From contig NC_043010.1 of assembly GCF_006345805.1 (NCBI RefSeq), forward strand, positions 51,398,001 to 51,462,000: a stretch of DNA of 64,000 nt. Reading direction: 5' to 3'. Source of the DNA: Octopus sinensis. Taxonomy: Eukaryota. A model generated the notes under the pieces. That model did no database searches and was not told where the DNA came from. It was given only the letters and a program-made list of their open reading frames with translations. Of the stretch, positions 23,147 to 36,614 are shown piece after piece. Both the position numbers and the translations under genes were made by a program. Within the stretch, counting starts at the first letter, position 1. The number at the start of each line of letters is the position of its first letter.

Positions 23147-26100
23147 TATATATAAGTTACACAACTACCATCACCACTACTACTATTATTATTACTACTA
23201 GAACTACAAATGATGCAACGGCAGAAAAATGAAGTGCAGTGACACCAGAAAGGGAGGACAAGAGAGGAATGGAAACAGAGAAGAAAAAGTATTTGGCAAA
23301 GTTAAGAAAAGCATGCGAGAGTAAGACAAAGGGAGGTAGACTGAAATAGGGATTGTGGAGAAGTAGAGAGAGGCAGAAGGTGAAAAGGGACAGGGAAGTG
23401 AAAAATAGAAAAAGAGAGATGTCCTTCCTATTGCCAACCAAGCAAGGTAATATTTTTCTCACAGCAAGCCATGTTTTTCACAGGAGACTGGAAAGGACCA
23501 ACAGTGATGCTCATTTGTAACCATCAGATGAGGGCATCAGGCTGTAGAAAATTTGCCACACAAATAGTGCTGCACATATGTGGCCATACTGGGGCACTGC
23601 CTTGAATTTTAGTCGAACAAATCAACTCCAGTGTTTATTTCTTTTCTGTTTAGTACTTATTCTATCACTCACTTTTGCCAAACCACTAAGTTATGGGAAT
23701 GTAAACACACCTAGAAAGCAGTGGCAGCAGTGGTGGCAGACACACACACACACACATATACACAGTGGGCTTCTTTCAGTTTCCGTCTTCCAAATTCACA
23801 AGACTTTTGTTGGCCTGAGGCTACAGTAGAAAACACCTGCCCAAAGTGTCATGCGGTGGAACTGAACCCGGAACCATGTAGTTGGGAAGCAAACTTCAAT
23901 GCCACATAGCCACATGTGTTGACATATAAGCACAAAATATGTAACATGCCAACACTGCCAGACTACCAGACGACTATTTGATGGAAGTGTATAAGACAGT
24001 TCCAGATCAGACCAATGTAGAGCTTAACTGGGTGGAAGGCCTAAGCATTTGAATCACTGTTACATTCAAGTGATTTGCCAATTCAAGCATAACTGATTGT
24101 AGATACTTAACAAAAATAGCAACAGCAATAGCAACTTTAATATAAAATCAAAACATTGAATAGAAAAAAGACAAAGGTAAGACAAATGCACATCTTCATG
24201 CAAGTTACTAATTGAAAAGATTAATTAATGAATGAATGGATAAATAGGAGGAAAGAGGAGAGAAATAAATAGAAGAAGCATAAAAGCTGGCAGGGTAGGA
24301 CAATAATAGTAATCCTTTCTACTTATAGGCACACGGTCTGAAATTTGAGGGGAGGGGGATAGTCGATTACATCGACCCCAGTGTTTCACTGGTACTTAAT
24401 TTATCAACCTCGGCAGAATTTGAACTCAGAATATAAAGAGGGGCAAAATACTGCTAAGCATTTTGCCCAGTGTGCCAGCTTGCCACCTTAATAATAATAA
24501 TAATTATTATTATTATTATTATTTCAAATTTTTGCCACAAGGGCTGCTCAAGGAAAGCGGGGATGAGTTGATTTCATTGATCCCAGTGTTCAACTAGAAC
24601 TTATTTTATTGCCATCGAAAGAATGAAAGACAAAGTCAACCTCGGAGGAATTTGAACTCAGAACGTAACGATAGGTAAAATACCACAAAGCATTTCGTCC
24701 AGCAATTTTGAGGGGAGGGAGGGGGTAACTTGATTATATCAATTCCCAGTACTCAACTGGTCCTTATTTTATTACTCCCAAAAGGATGAAAGGCAAAACT
24801 GATCTCAGTGAGATCTGAACTTAGAATGTAAACAGCCAGAAGAAATACAGCAAAGCATTTTTTCTGGTGCTCTAATGATTCTGCCAGCTTTCTGCCTTAA
24901 TGGTTTCAAAGTTCCAATAAAAACCCAATAGTTCTAGGGAGAAGTGATTAGTTGATTGCTTGACTGATACTTTATTTTATAGACCCCGAAAGGATAAAAA
25001 GCAACATTGACCTCAGTGGTAGTTAAACTCAGAACATGAAGCAACAGAAAACATGCTGCTAAACATTTTGTTCGCTGCGCTAATGATTCTGTCAGCTTGT
25101 CACCTAGATCAATAATGATGATAATAATAATAATAATAACATTCCACTTAGCAAGCCAACAATGGAACCTCTGTGTGGTCACTTGAGCGGCTAGAAATAT
25201 CAGCCAAATCACACTACCATCTAAGGACAAGAACACAAGTCAGTTAATGTAGTTGTAAATACACTATGGAACTCCACACCACTTTGTTTTTTGGTCATGG
25301 GTCTGTTTGATCAAGGTTGACCTTCTCATTGAGGTTCAATGTTAACCTGTACAAATTTGAGCATTCATACACACACACACACAAATTTATCAAGTCCATG
25401 TGATTACAGCTAATTAACAATGAAAACCAGGTATGACAATGATGATGATGAAGGCATGGCCTTAATGCAGTTGGCTTCTCTGACCTCAAACTAATATCGC
25501 CACCTAGATTTACAAGTGATGATGGCAATTCTTTTCAACTCTCAAATGGTTTCTAGCTTGCTTCCTCCTTGCAACAACCTACATCTGGTAATAAATTAAT
25601 TGATGAGTGTGTGCCAAGTCTTGCAGTGCCTACAGTAACTTAATTACATACATCAATATATCACAATTGAAGAGTTGCTCTCCTTAGGAAAGGCACCCAG
25701 CTGTACAAAAATAAAACACTCTGCAATTGTGCTTACACTTTAGATAACTGACTCAAACATGCTGAGCCATTAGAAATAGCCAATGATGTGTGTATATGTT
25801 TATGAACATTTTCCAATTTAAAAAAAAAAAACTTTTATTACTTACTTTACAATAATTTGAAAAGCTGTTTATATTCTTTACAATCTCTTTATAATAACTG
25901 TTAAGAATTAATTTTTTATTTTCTAAAATATATTTTTAATAGTTTGTATATAATCTTATTTATGATTGTTTATAATTTTTAATTGTATACACTTTATATC
26001 ATTATGTAATATTGTTTATCGTAGATATGGTGCAACCTTTTATGAGCAGTGGGCCACATGAGACATGACTAATTGTTAGGCAGGCTGCACAAATGAAAAA

Positions 26101-26249
26101 AAACCGAATTGAGGTATTTTGCTTTCAACGGCTTGTCATGTAGAAAGTTTTGAGCTGCAGTTTGTCTATGACTAGTTTATAATTTTAGAATAGTTTATTC
26201 TCATTTACCAATATTTTTGTTTCTCAGATATTTTTATTCTTTTGTTTTT

Positions 26250-26438
26250 ACTTAAGTCATTTGACTGTGGCCATGCTGAAATACCACCTTAAAGGGTTTT
26301 AGTCAGAAAAATTGACCCCAGGACCTATTCATTGTAAGCCTAGTACTTATTCTATTGGTCTTTTTTGCTGAACTGCTAAGTTACTGGGGCATAAACACAC
26401 CAGCATCAGTTGTCAAGTGATGGTGCAGGGACAATCAG

Positions 26439-26494
<56 letters not shown>

Positions 26495-26632
26495 TCACAT
26501 ACACAACAGGTTTCTTTCAGTTTCCATCTACCAAATCCACTCACAAGACTTTGGTCAGCCCGAGGCCATAGAAAAAGACACTTGCCCAAGGAGCTACAAA
26601 GTGGGACTGAAACCAGAACTATGTAGTTGGGA
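26250..26632 (-). mobile_element. SINE family A (further degenerate minus copies at about 23570-23910, 28340-28650, 49660-49830, 50135-50300, 51065-51220)
   Basis: Shared diagnostic blocks cagtcatttgactg, ttctttcagtttcc, gacacttgcccaag. Confidence 0.85.
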
Positions 26633-26835
26633 GTGCCAAAATATTTATAAATATTTTCAAGCCTTTTGAAAATTCATCTAACCATTGCTTACAAATATAT
26701 AACTTAACGGCATATTGTTTTTTTTTCTCTCTTTTCAACAATATTTCTAGATTCAATTTATAAGTCATACTGAAGTGCACTGGAGGGTTTTTGAGGGTAG
26801 ACAGAGGGAAAAGTTTTAAAAAAAAAAAGCCTTAC

Positions 26836-26957
26836 TCGTTTTTTTCCTGGTATTGTTTGTCTTGTTCTGTAACCGTCCAGCTGAAGATAGTCATCCAGGC
26901 TGAATATAGGAGAGGCTGAACGTCGGCGCTTACCAAATCGAATTCCATCAAGTTTAT
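26836..26957 (-). CDS. YLPM1: YLPM1 exon (DKLDGIRFGKRRRSASP...DDYLQLDG...PGKKR), phase 1/0
   Basis: Acceptor cttcctaag, donor GTAAGG; 122 nt. Confidence 0.93.
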
Positions 26958-29101
26958 CTTAGGAAGATACAAAAGACTTACCCATTACAAAAGTAAAGTC
27001 ATTCTACTGATATGGAGGGAGTGGGGCCCTTTGCAATATAATTATATCATTGACTTTTATAAGCCCTGCAGTGTACAGATCAATGAAATGTGACAGAAAC
27101 TGAGGTTTAAACAGCCACAGTGCAGGTAATCAATGGCCTTATGATCAGTAGTGTGTATATGTGTGTATATGTATGTATGTATGCATGCATGTGTGCATAT
27201 CATTTAATAAACACAGGATTTAAATTTGGGTTGCAATATGTTTCATTCTCTAATAGTAATCAGATGAGCTGGTACAGCATGCTGTGTACAATCGTGTAAT
27301 CTTTCAGGCTCAAAATAAACATAGATGCTTTCTGAGAAAGAATGAGAATAAAAAAAGGAGAAAAAGAAAAGTTTTGGAGTGGGATGGGAGGAGAATATGA
27401 TTTGTGTCCCTTTGGAAACTAAATTATATGCATAAACTATCTTGTCACCACCTCTGTATCGTCTTTAAATTCCTTATAGCTAATATTAGCAATAGGATAT
27501 CTATTCTTCCTCTTCCAATAAAATATTCGATAAGAATCTCCTACTATAACACCCTGGCAAAAAGTAGCTTCAAAGAGGAGATAATTTACATGCCTACAAT
27601 AAAAAGAACAAAGCCTAAAATCTAGGAAGGCTAGATGACCACGACCTCCTTAAATGTTAAGACAAATACATTCCTAGCCTTGATAAATAAACATTTCCCA
27701 AACAGCCACAGGTATAAGAAAATTTTTAATAGGCATTCTGTGTAAGTTTCTTACAGATGCTGCTCCAACATGAAAAGCCATATTATACTTAAGTTACACC
27801 AGGTGCCCACTCAACCAAGCATGCATAGTAGCTCAGATATATATACAAAAGCTGAGGCTATCTCAGTTCTACAAAATAATAAACTGATAAGGAAAAATAT
27901 ACTGAAATATATGAAAGTGAGAGATGGCCAAAGAATGGAAGAACTACAGCAAAGAATACACTGAGTCAGCTGTTCTGATGACAATTACACAATTGGTTGA
28001 TAAGACATCAAAATGCAGTCAATGTGTGTGTTTGGCTAATTTTAAAATATATATTTATCTCCGCTGGCTGTGATTAGGGTTGGCTAGAGTTGCAAATGTT
28101 GATACCTACATGGAGATTTAAATCATGTAGCTGAGTTTTGAGGCTGGCTAGGGATTTATTTGAGGGTCCTGCATCTGTAGTAGAAGACACTCACTCAAGG
28201 TGTCATACAGCACAGGCTGAACCGGAAAGCAATTGGCTGAAGAGTAGATGTAACTACACAGCCACATATAAATATTCTACATACAATGGATTTCCTGTAG
28301 TATTCATCTGCCAAATTCCATTGCAAAGTAGTGATTAACTTGTAGCTATAGCAGAAGGCACTTGCTCAAAGTGGGACTGAACCTGAAAGCAAGTGGCTGG
28401 AAAGTAAACTTTTCAACCAAACGGCTATACTCTTTTACTTGTTTCAGTCATTTGACTGTGGCCATGCTGGAGCACCGCCTTTCGTCAAGCAAATTGACCC
28501 CAGGACTTATTCTTTGTAAGCCTAGTACTTATTCTATCGGCCTCTTTTGCTGAAGTGCTAAGTTACGGGGACGTAAACACACCAGCATCGGTTGTCAAGT
28601 GATGTTGGGGGGGGGACAAACACATACATACAAATATACAACAGGCTTCTTTCAGTTTCCATCTACTTTGATAGCCTCTACTTTGACCCATACAAGCATG
28701 GGTCTGATTTTATCAAGGCAGATTTTCTGCAGCTGGATGAATCTTCCTATTGCCATCCTTCACCTGGTATAGCTTTCGCAGAATATTTACCACAATCATG
28801 CAATGTCAAGGCAAGGAAACACAAAAACACACGCACACACATATGAGGGCTTATGGCTTAGTGGTTAGGATGTTGCACTCACAATCTAGAGATCGCAATT
28901 TCAATTCCTAGACCAGGTGGTGCGTTGTGTTCTTGAGCAAATCACTTCATCTGTTGTTCTGCGATCATCTCGACATCTGACGTGCTACACCTTGCACCAG
29001 TTCAAGGCAACATTGATTTGATGGAAGGAGTGAGCTAATGTACGGCACATTCATTTTATCCCTATAAACAAATCATTTGTGCAGGTCTTTGACAGGTGAG
29101 T

Positions 29102-29140
<39 letters not shown>

Positions 29141-30346
29141 ATATGCACCTGCACACACACACTCATACAGAGAATGGGCTTCTTTAACTTTCTATCTAAC
29201 AAATCCACTGAGAAGGCTTTCATTAGCCTGTGGCTATAAAAGAAGATACAATGGGACTGAACCCATAACCGTGTGATTGAGAAGTAAACTTCTTAACCAT
29301 TCAGCCACACCTGTGTGTGTGTGTGTCTGTGTGTTACATATGTAAAGAATGAAGTTCCAAATGGGAAATGGCCAATTACACAAGTCCTAATATAGTTATG
29401 TTGTTTAATTCCTGGTCAACTTTCACTGAACAAACCTATGGTCAAAAGCACTCCAGCCATGATCAACCAGTCCATTTTCATTTGATTGGGGTTTGATTTG
29501 AGGGATATCTGACTGCTACTTCTAGCAAGTCAACTGACCAAATAGAGGCTCCTGTTATTTTTAGCTTGTGTACTACAGATGACTCAAGAATGTAAAGTGA
29601 TGCTTCTTTTTACTCCTATGGTAGGACATAAATACACTCAAAACACAGTGATGAACTCAGCTGCAAGTGATCTAGCTTTTCTCCTGAAGAATATCTAGAA
29701 AATATTTAGCTTTAATAAAATGCGTGTATTTGCCAAAAGTCAATGCTTAATGAATTAGCTATTATATTCCCGTTACAGGGGTAGTGGCATCTACTGATGG
29801 GTTTCTGTCCCATTGCTAATTTTTATTTTTTAATCCTCTCTTATCTGTTTACTCAAACTAACATATTTGAGGCCATAAGATGCATTTATTTTTTTCCCGC
29901 CAAAATAAAGTCTCCAAAAAAAAAAAAAAATCATCCCCTACATATATGCAAAATTGGGCCCTTGTAAGCTTTGATATGCCAAAAACATTGTTTTCCCTGT
30001 ATAAGTGTTGCTGAAACTGGGGTGCATCAAATATGCCACCACAGACTGTACTCCTGAGTTTGAGACCAGAACACAAACACCAGAGTCGTTCTTCTCTATT
30101 TTTATCAGACCAAAGGCTGAGGCGAACTGGTTAAGATTTGAAGCACAGAAAAAGAAGCAGATGAGCAAATAAAACTATTACTAGTGTTCCTTACCCAGCA
30201 CTTGGTCGTTTACTTGTCCTGTAAAATAAATAACAATAGGTGGTGAGCAAAACAAATAAATTATTTGAAAGGTTTTCTGCAGTAAATAAAGAATTAAATA
30301 TCAAAAGTGAAAACCAGAATGCAAGATAAGTAATGAAGGTCTATAT

Positions 30347-30625
30347 CAGTGGTTCCCAAAGTGGGTGGTACAGCCCGCCCTTCTGAGAGCAGTGAAAGGG
30401 GGGGGGGGTTGAAGAAAAGTTGGGTGCTAATTGGGGTGGCCAAAGGGGAGAAATGGATGTAAAAACAAAATAATAGGTTAATTAGGTTAAATTTTAATTG
30501 TGAAATACAGATGTTTAAATTTGCTGTAGAAAGTAATCTATGTTTGTGGTGGTCAGTTGGGGTGGGGTAGAAATAAGATTTGGGTGTCAAGGAGGCGGCA
30601 GCCTGTAAAAGTTTGGGAACCACTG
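30347..30625. mobile_element. hAT-like MITE, 279 bp
   Basis: TIRs cagtggttcccaaa / tttgggaaccactg; 8-bp TSD gtctatat / gtctgtat. Confidence 0.85.
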
Positions 30626-31313
30626 GTCTGTATCAAGAAAAATCTATATAAGTTGCAAATGCAACTAAGTTCATATGCCGTAGAGGGATGTGAATTATAG
30701 CATTTCAGACAGGACCTTTATTAATGCTCAAAACATTTAGCATTTATGGCTTCCATACAGCATGTGAACACTCATCACCATTTAACGTCCAGTTTTCCAT
30801 ACTTGCATGGATCAAATATGAATTGTTCAAACAGACTTTCTATGGCAGGATGACCTTTCTGTTGCCAGTGCTCACAAGTTTCCTAGCAAGGTAATATTTC
30901 CCATGATCAGACATGATCCCATGACTGAAAGGGGTCTTTACATATGTTTCTCCATGCTAGCATGGGTTGAATGAATATATTCATGAGGCACTGTTTGGCA
31001 ACCTTCTGTTCTTCCTGTCACTAACTCTTGTTTTTCAAATACAGGGTATCATTTTTCCATGGCTTCAAAGGTGCAAAACCAGCAGATTTATTGACAAGAA
31101 AAACTACTTTACCACTCAGCAGTTTTCAAAGAAGTGTAAATGTAAACAAACACACAGCTAGAAACATGCATGCACGCACACATACACATGCACTCGCATA
31201 GACACGCACACACACGCGCACTCACATACATACATACATACATACACACACACGTGTGTGCGTGCACATGCAACAGGTTTCATGTATTTGTGTTAATTCA
31301 GAAACTGTTTTAA

Positions 31314-31530
31314 CCCTTTCGTTACCAGCCCAGCTGAAACCGGCTCTGGCTCTGTAGTACAAATGTCTTGTTTTCACAAGTTTTGAATTAAAATCTACCA
31401 AACTTTAGTCACAATTTATGTCCTAACACCAGCTGAATGATAACTAAGTTATTTTACTAAATTCTTTGTTATATTTAAAGTAATTCAAAGAAACACAGAG
31501 CATCCCAAAATAAATACGGTAACGAAAGGG
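31314..31530 (+). mobile_element. piggyBac-like MITE, family 1
   Basis: Perfect 13-bp TIRs ccctttcgttacc / ggtaacgaaaggg flanked by TTAA on both sides. Confidence 0.88.
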
Positions 31531-31558
31531 TTAAATAACAAAAGCTATTTTCACTTAC

Positions 31559-31604
31559 CAGTTTGATCGCCTACATCAATTTCCCATTTACTTTTAATAT
31601 AACC
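31559..31604 (-). CDS. YLPM1: YLPM1 46-nt exon (GYIKSKWEIDVGDQT), phase 0/1
   Basis: Acceptor ctgcatttcag, donor GTAAGT; matches the remembered GYIPKSKWE motif; too short for the ORF track. Confidence 0.9.
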
Positions 31605-32788
31605 CTGAAATGCAGAAAGTTAAATTAATTATGTTTGTGGACAATAATTTAATGATAGCTTTATTAACAATAATAATACTATTAGGGCCACAGATAACAG
31701 AATCAACTAAGTAATGAAAGGAATGTTTATGGTGCTCTAGTTGCATTCCTCTATGACTTGCATTTAAATTAACTCCAGGTTCATTAGTACTTATTAAGTG
31801 GAGAGGTCAATCATCATCATCATCGTTTAACGTCTGCTTTCCGTGCTAGTATGGGTTGGACGATCTGACTGAGTACTGGCGAACCGAATGGCTGCACCAG
31901 GCTCCAATCTTGATCTGGCAGAGTTTCTACAGCTGGATGCTCTTCCTAGCGCCAACTGCTCCAAGAGTGTAGTGGTGCTTTTATGTGCCACCAGCAGGAG
32001 GGCCAGTCAGGCGGTACTGGCAACGGTCACGCTCAAATGGTGTTTTTTATGTGCCATCTGCACAGGAGCCAGTCCAGCGGCACTGGCAACAACCTCGCTT
32101 GAATATTTTTTCATGTGCCAGTAAGGTGACGCTGGTAACGATCACGCTCGAATGGTGCTTTTTATGTGCCACCGGCAATATGGCTGACAATATATATCTT
32201 CCTCAAAATAAGAGTCCTTCCTCCTAGAAAACATTATTATTACTACTAACCTGGCAGAATCATTAGAGCATTAGAAAAAAAAATGCCTTGCAGTATTTGT
32301 TCCAGTTCCTTATATGCCGAGTTCAATTCCTGCCAAGAACAACTTTGCTTTTCATCCCTTCAGAGCCGTTAGCAATCCGGGTTAGAAGCATACAAACAAC
32401 ATATCGAACAGAACATAATTTTCAAATTGACCAACACAAATCTTGTGTTCGCATGATAGTAAAAAAACATGGGAGATCACTCTCAGCAGAGAGGTCGGAA
32501 AAAATTAAAATAAAAGTATGGAAGGGAGATAATTCGGAGACGGGTTAATGGATTTAATGGGCCTAAATAGGCAATTTGACTATTTCTCTCGTACATTTGC
32601 ATATTCATATCTATGATGGCCTACATCACTCAATAGACGCCTAAAAGCATAACTTGCAAGCACAAAGCAAAACTGCAGAAAAGGAAGACATGGGAAGAAG
32701 CGATAAAAGCTGGCTTCAAGATACTGAATCACAGTGTGATAAACGGGGAGGGAGGGAGGGAGGGAGGGAGAGAGAGAGAGAGAGAGAG

Positions 32789-32820
<32 letters not shown>

Positions 32821-33376
32821 CATATGTTTGTATGACCAAAGCCTTTTTTGCTGCAACGATATGAAGAACTGGAATCCTGACATTTGTAGCAGTGAACAAA
32901 GTAAGAACACCTTTTCTTCTGAGGGATGAATTGAAACCTCACACAGCAGATTACCGTGCTGCACTATCTACAACAGTCATATATATACCAGCCACATGGC
33001 ATCTGCTTAAGCTAGGTGGACTTGGCCGTTGAGCGTTGTTTTAGTTATGGACAAAAACTCAGCACTGGTGATGAGACCGGAACCAACAAGCTTTCTTCCT
33101 GTTTATATCGGTTGGATGCATCATCACTTGCACATACATGCTTGTAAGTGCTGGAGAAAAACTGCCCAACCAATACAAGCTGATAAAGTATCTGCTGGAG
33201 AAGACATATCCAGCTAATACGAGTGTGTATCTGGATGTATACAAACTGCATTCTCATGAATATGATCACGACAGGAAACTAAGGACAGTTATAGAGTGTG
33301 ACAGTGACTCAGCTTCAAATAAAAAGTTTACCGTGATTTTATCACAACCTCGAGAGAGAAGGAAACATTTGTTTAC

Positions 33377-33472
33377 CACTGGTCCTATAGGCTCATCTTC
33401 CTCTTCAGCATCTCCTTTTTGTGGGGTAGCATCCTTTTTAGTTTTCTCATCTGATGTGTCTTCCATTTCAAC
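33377..33472 (-). CDS. YLPM1: YLPM1 exon (VEMEDTSDEK...EEEDEPIGPV), acidic linker
   Basis: Acceptor tgttttag; weak donor G|GTAAAC, so the exact 3' boundary is less certain; 96 nt. Confidence 0.85.
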
Positions 33473-33564
33473 CTAAAACAGACACACATTAAAAGTTACA
33501 TGAACAGATATCAAATGAATAAATGAAATGATGTGCAACTAAATGGATATATATGTATGTGTGT

Positions 33565-33609
<45 letters not shown>

Positions 33610-34489
33610 CACACACACACAATAATAATACATTCTATGTAGATTCCTGCAGTACAAACGAAGTGAAATGACATTCCACAGGGTCCTCTGACTTTGGATC
33701 AAATACGAACTTTGAAACCAATACCAAGTTTCAAATATTTAAACTGACCATGAGCTGTTTTCTCCTGTCCCCAACATCTGATTTTGGGGACACCTGGCCC
33801 TTGGGTACCTTTCAACAGAGTCCACTTGGTTGTATGTATTCACACTAATTCTCCATTCTGCAGATCATTTCCTCCTATCATCAGTCCTGGAGATCTTTCA
33901 AATCTAGTTATGTGCTGCACTGCCTCTTTCTCTCCTAATTAAACTAAAGATATATTTAACTAAACTTCATGAAAATCATGTACTTATAAGATATATGACT
34001 AGTTTGGTTAATTGACCAGTAATGTGCCGTAGTAACACAGATCTTTGTTTTTTTTGTATTTTCTCCTTTTTTTTAAAACTTAGTCAAAGAGAGAAAAGTA
34101 GACCCTGTGGCCCTTCATTATATTTTTTCAGAGCCCTCCAAAACTTATGGCAGTTCTTGATCCAAGCTTGGTCTGAGTGCTTACAAAAGAATGGTACCCT
34201 CTACTAAAGTTATCCAAGGTGTTAAATAAAGAGCTAGAATCAATACTGAAAGACATTTCATCTGATAATCTACAGATTCTTCCAATCTGCTCTTTTGGAC
34301 TGGTACTTTATCTTATCAACCAGGAAAGGACGAAAGGCCAACTTGATCTCAGCAGAATTTGAATTCAGAGCACAAAGCACAAGGACTAAATACTACAAAC
34401 TCCTATTCACTGCCAGTTTATTGTCTTCAATTTCAGCCATGCTCAAATTTGACCCCCACCTCCGCCTCTCTCATTCATATAACACTCAC

Positions 34490-34573
34490 CTCTGGGATAG
34501 CAGCATCCTGAAGAAGACATCGAATATCTAAGTGTATATGGTGTTTTGGCGTCTCCTCCCAGTTCTTGTGGAT
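34490..34573 (-). CDS. YLPM1: YLPM1 exon (IHKNWEETPKHHIHLDIRCLLQDAAIPE)
   Basis: Acceptor ttatttcag, donor GTGAGT; 84 nt. Confidence 0.95.
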
Positions 34574-35785
34574 CTGAAATAAAATGATGGAAGCACTTGA
34601 CAAAATGATAACAAATAAAATCTCATCAATACATCTGCTATTGATCATCATCCATTTAGCAAAAGGAAAAAACAAAAAAAAAAGAACAATGAGAGACTGC
34701 ATTTTTATTGTATATCCAGTAATTGCTTTAGTAATCACACTACAAACACATATACTGTTTACTCAAATTACATAATATGTAAATGTTTATTTTTCTTTGC
34801 TATTTCATCTTCGCAAGATAATTATCCAAACACCTCGCAATATTAGGATTGACTATTCTAGGCACAGGAGTAGCTGGGTGGTTAAGAATCTTGCTTCATA
34901 ACCATGTGGTTTCAGGTTCAGTCCCACTGTGTAGTACCTTGGGCATGTGTTTTCTTCGAAAGCCTAGGCCAACCAAAACTTTGTGAGTGGATCTGGTAGA
35001 TGGAAACTGAAAGAAGCCTACTCTGTGTGTGTGAGTGCATGTGAGGGGCCTTGCCTTGACATCTTGTGATGGTTTTTCCATGGGGGAAACATTACACTGC
35101 TTGACACAAGTTAGAGCTGGTTACAGGAAGGGCATCCAGCTGTAGAAAATCTGTCTCAACAAACTCTATCTGACTCATGGAAGCAAAGGAAAGTGGACAT
35201 TATAAGAATGATGGTCCTACTATTGTCAGGGTCCTCAATTTCTTCTGTCTCAAATTGCTGCTATTTATAATATCTAACACAATCTACATGTGGAAGCACA
35301 TGGCCTAGTGGTTAGAGCAGCGGACTTGCAGTCGAGGGATTGCTGGTTTGAATCTCAGACCGGGCAATGTGTGTGTTTATGAGCGAAACACCTATGCTCC
35401 ATGCAGCTCCGGCAGAAGGTAGTGGCGGACTTCTGCTGACTCTTTCGCCACAACTTTCTCTCACTCTTTCCTCCTGCATCTTGCAGCTCACTTGCGATGG
35501 ACTGGCGTCCCATCCAGGTGGGGAACCTATACGCCAAAGAAGCTGGGGAAACCAGCCCTTATGAGCCAGGTATGGCTCGAGAAGGAACAAACAAACACAA
35601 TCTACATTAAAAGTGTAGCATTTAATAAAACTCATTGTAAATTGAGAATATAACATATTTTATGCTTGGTTTTAATCCTTGAAATCTATTAAATATTTAA
35701 CCCAGCAGGATAGAAATGTCATTTACATGAATGAATATCAAAATCCCAAGCAATGCAGGTGGCAAGAAGAAAGAAAGCCACTCAC

Positions 35786-35869
35786 CTTGTTGATGTCCTG
35801 TTTTGTGCGTCCGTGTATGTTGCGTTTTATACATGTTGAAACATCTGAGTGAACAGTCGCTACATAAAC
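35786..35869 (-). CDS. YLPM1: YLPM1 exon (VYVATVHSDVSTCIKRNIHGRTKQDINK)
   Basis: Acceptor ctctggcag, donor GTGAGT; 84 nt. Confidence 0.93.
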
Positions 35870-36040
35870 CTGCCAGAGAGAGGACGATAAATGAACATCA
35901 GAAAAAAGAAAAAAAGGAAAAGAATATTTAATATAGAATTATTTTCCATTCTCTCAAAGTTTATAAATTCTTATGATGTCATTTCCCTTTGAGCTGGAAA
36001 ATGAATGGAATGCTTGGTGTGTGTCTTGTGAGGAATATAT

Positions 36041-36343
36041 GTGGCTGAGTGGTAAGTAGCTTGCTAACCAACCACATGGTTCCGGGTTCAGTCCCACTGC
36101 GTGGCATCTTGGGCAAGTGTCTTCTGCTATAGCCTCGGGCCAACCAAAGCCTTGTGAGTGGATTTGGTAGACGGAAACTGAAAGAAGCCTCTCGTATATA
36201 TGTATATAGATTAATCAGCCGAAATTGCGAAGATGATCTGGTTCTTGAATGATGACTGAGGGCTTCGAATGTCCCGTCCTGTGGTTCTTGTGTCGTCTCT
36301 TTGGTGTTTCATGTTCTTGTCCATGTCTGTATTTATTTTTTAC

Positions 36344-36410
<67 letters not shown>

Positions 36411-36614
36411 TTGTGTGTCTGTGTTTGTCCCTCTAGCATTGCTTGACAACCGGTGCTGGTGTGTTTACGTCCCCGTCACTTAGCGGTTCGGCAAAAGAGA
36501 TCGATAGAATAAGTACTGGGCTTACAAAGAATAAGTCCCGGGGTCGATTTGCCCGACCAAAGGCGGTGCTCCAGCATGGCCGCAGTCAAATGACTGAAAC
36601 AAGTAAAAGAGAGT
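36041..36614 (+). mobile_element. SINE family A, full length, young, with long (TA)n
   Basis: Intact A and B boxes and tail gactgaaacaagtaaaagagag. Confidence 0.92.

Noticed and set aside
32615-32628. Duplicated (mutually exclusive) copy of the 46-nt exon, from gatgtaggc.atca similarity
   Set aside because: The match is only 13 of 14 nt, does not extend, and has no donor site.
36041-36110. tRNA genes at SINE 5' ends
   Set aside because: A and B boxes are present, but no complete cloverleaf or acceptor stem; each runs into a SINE core and tail.
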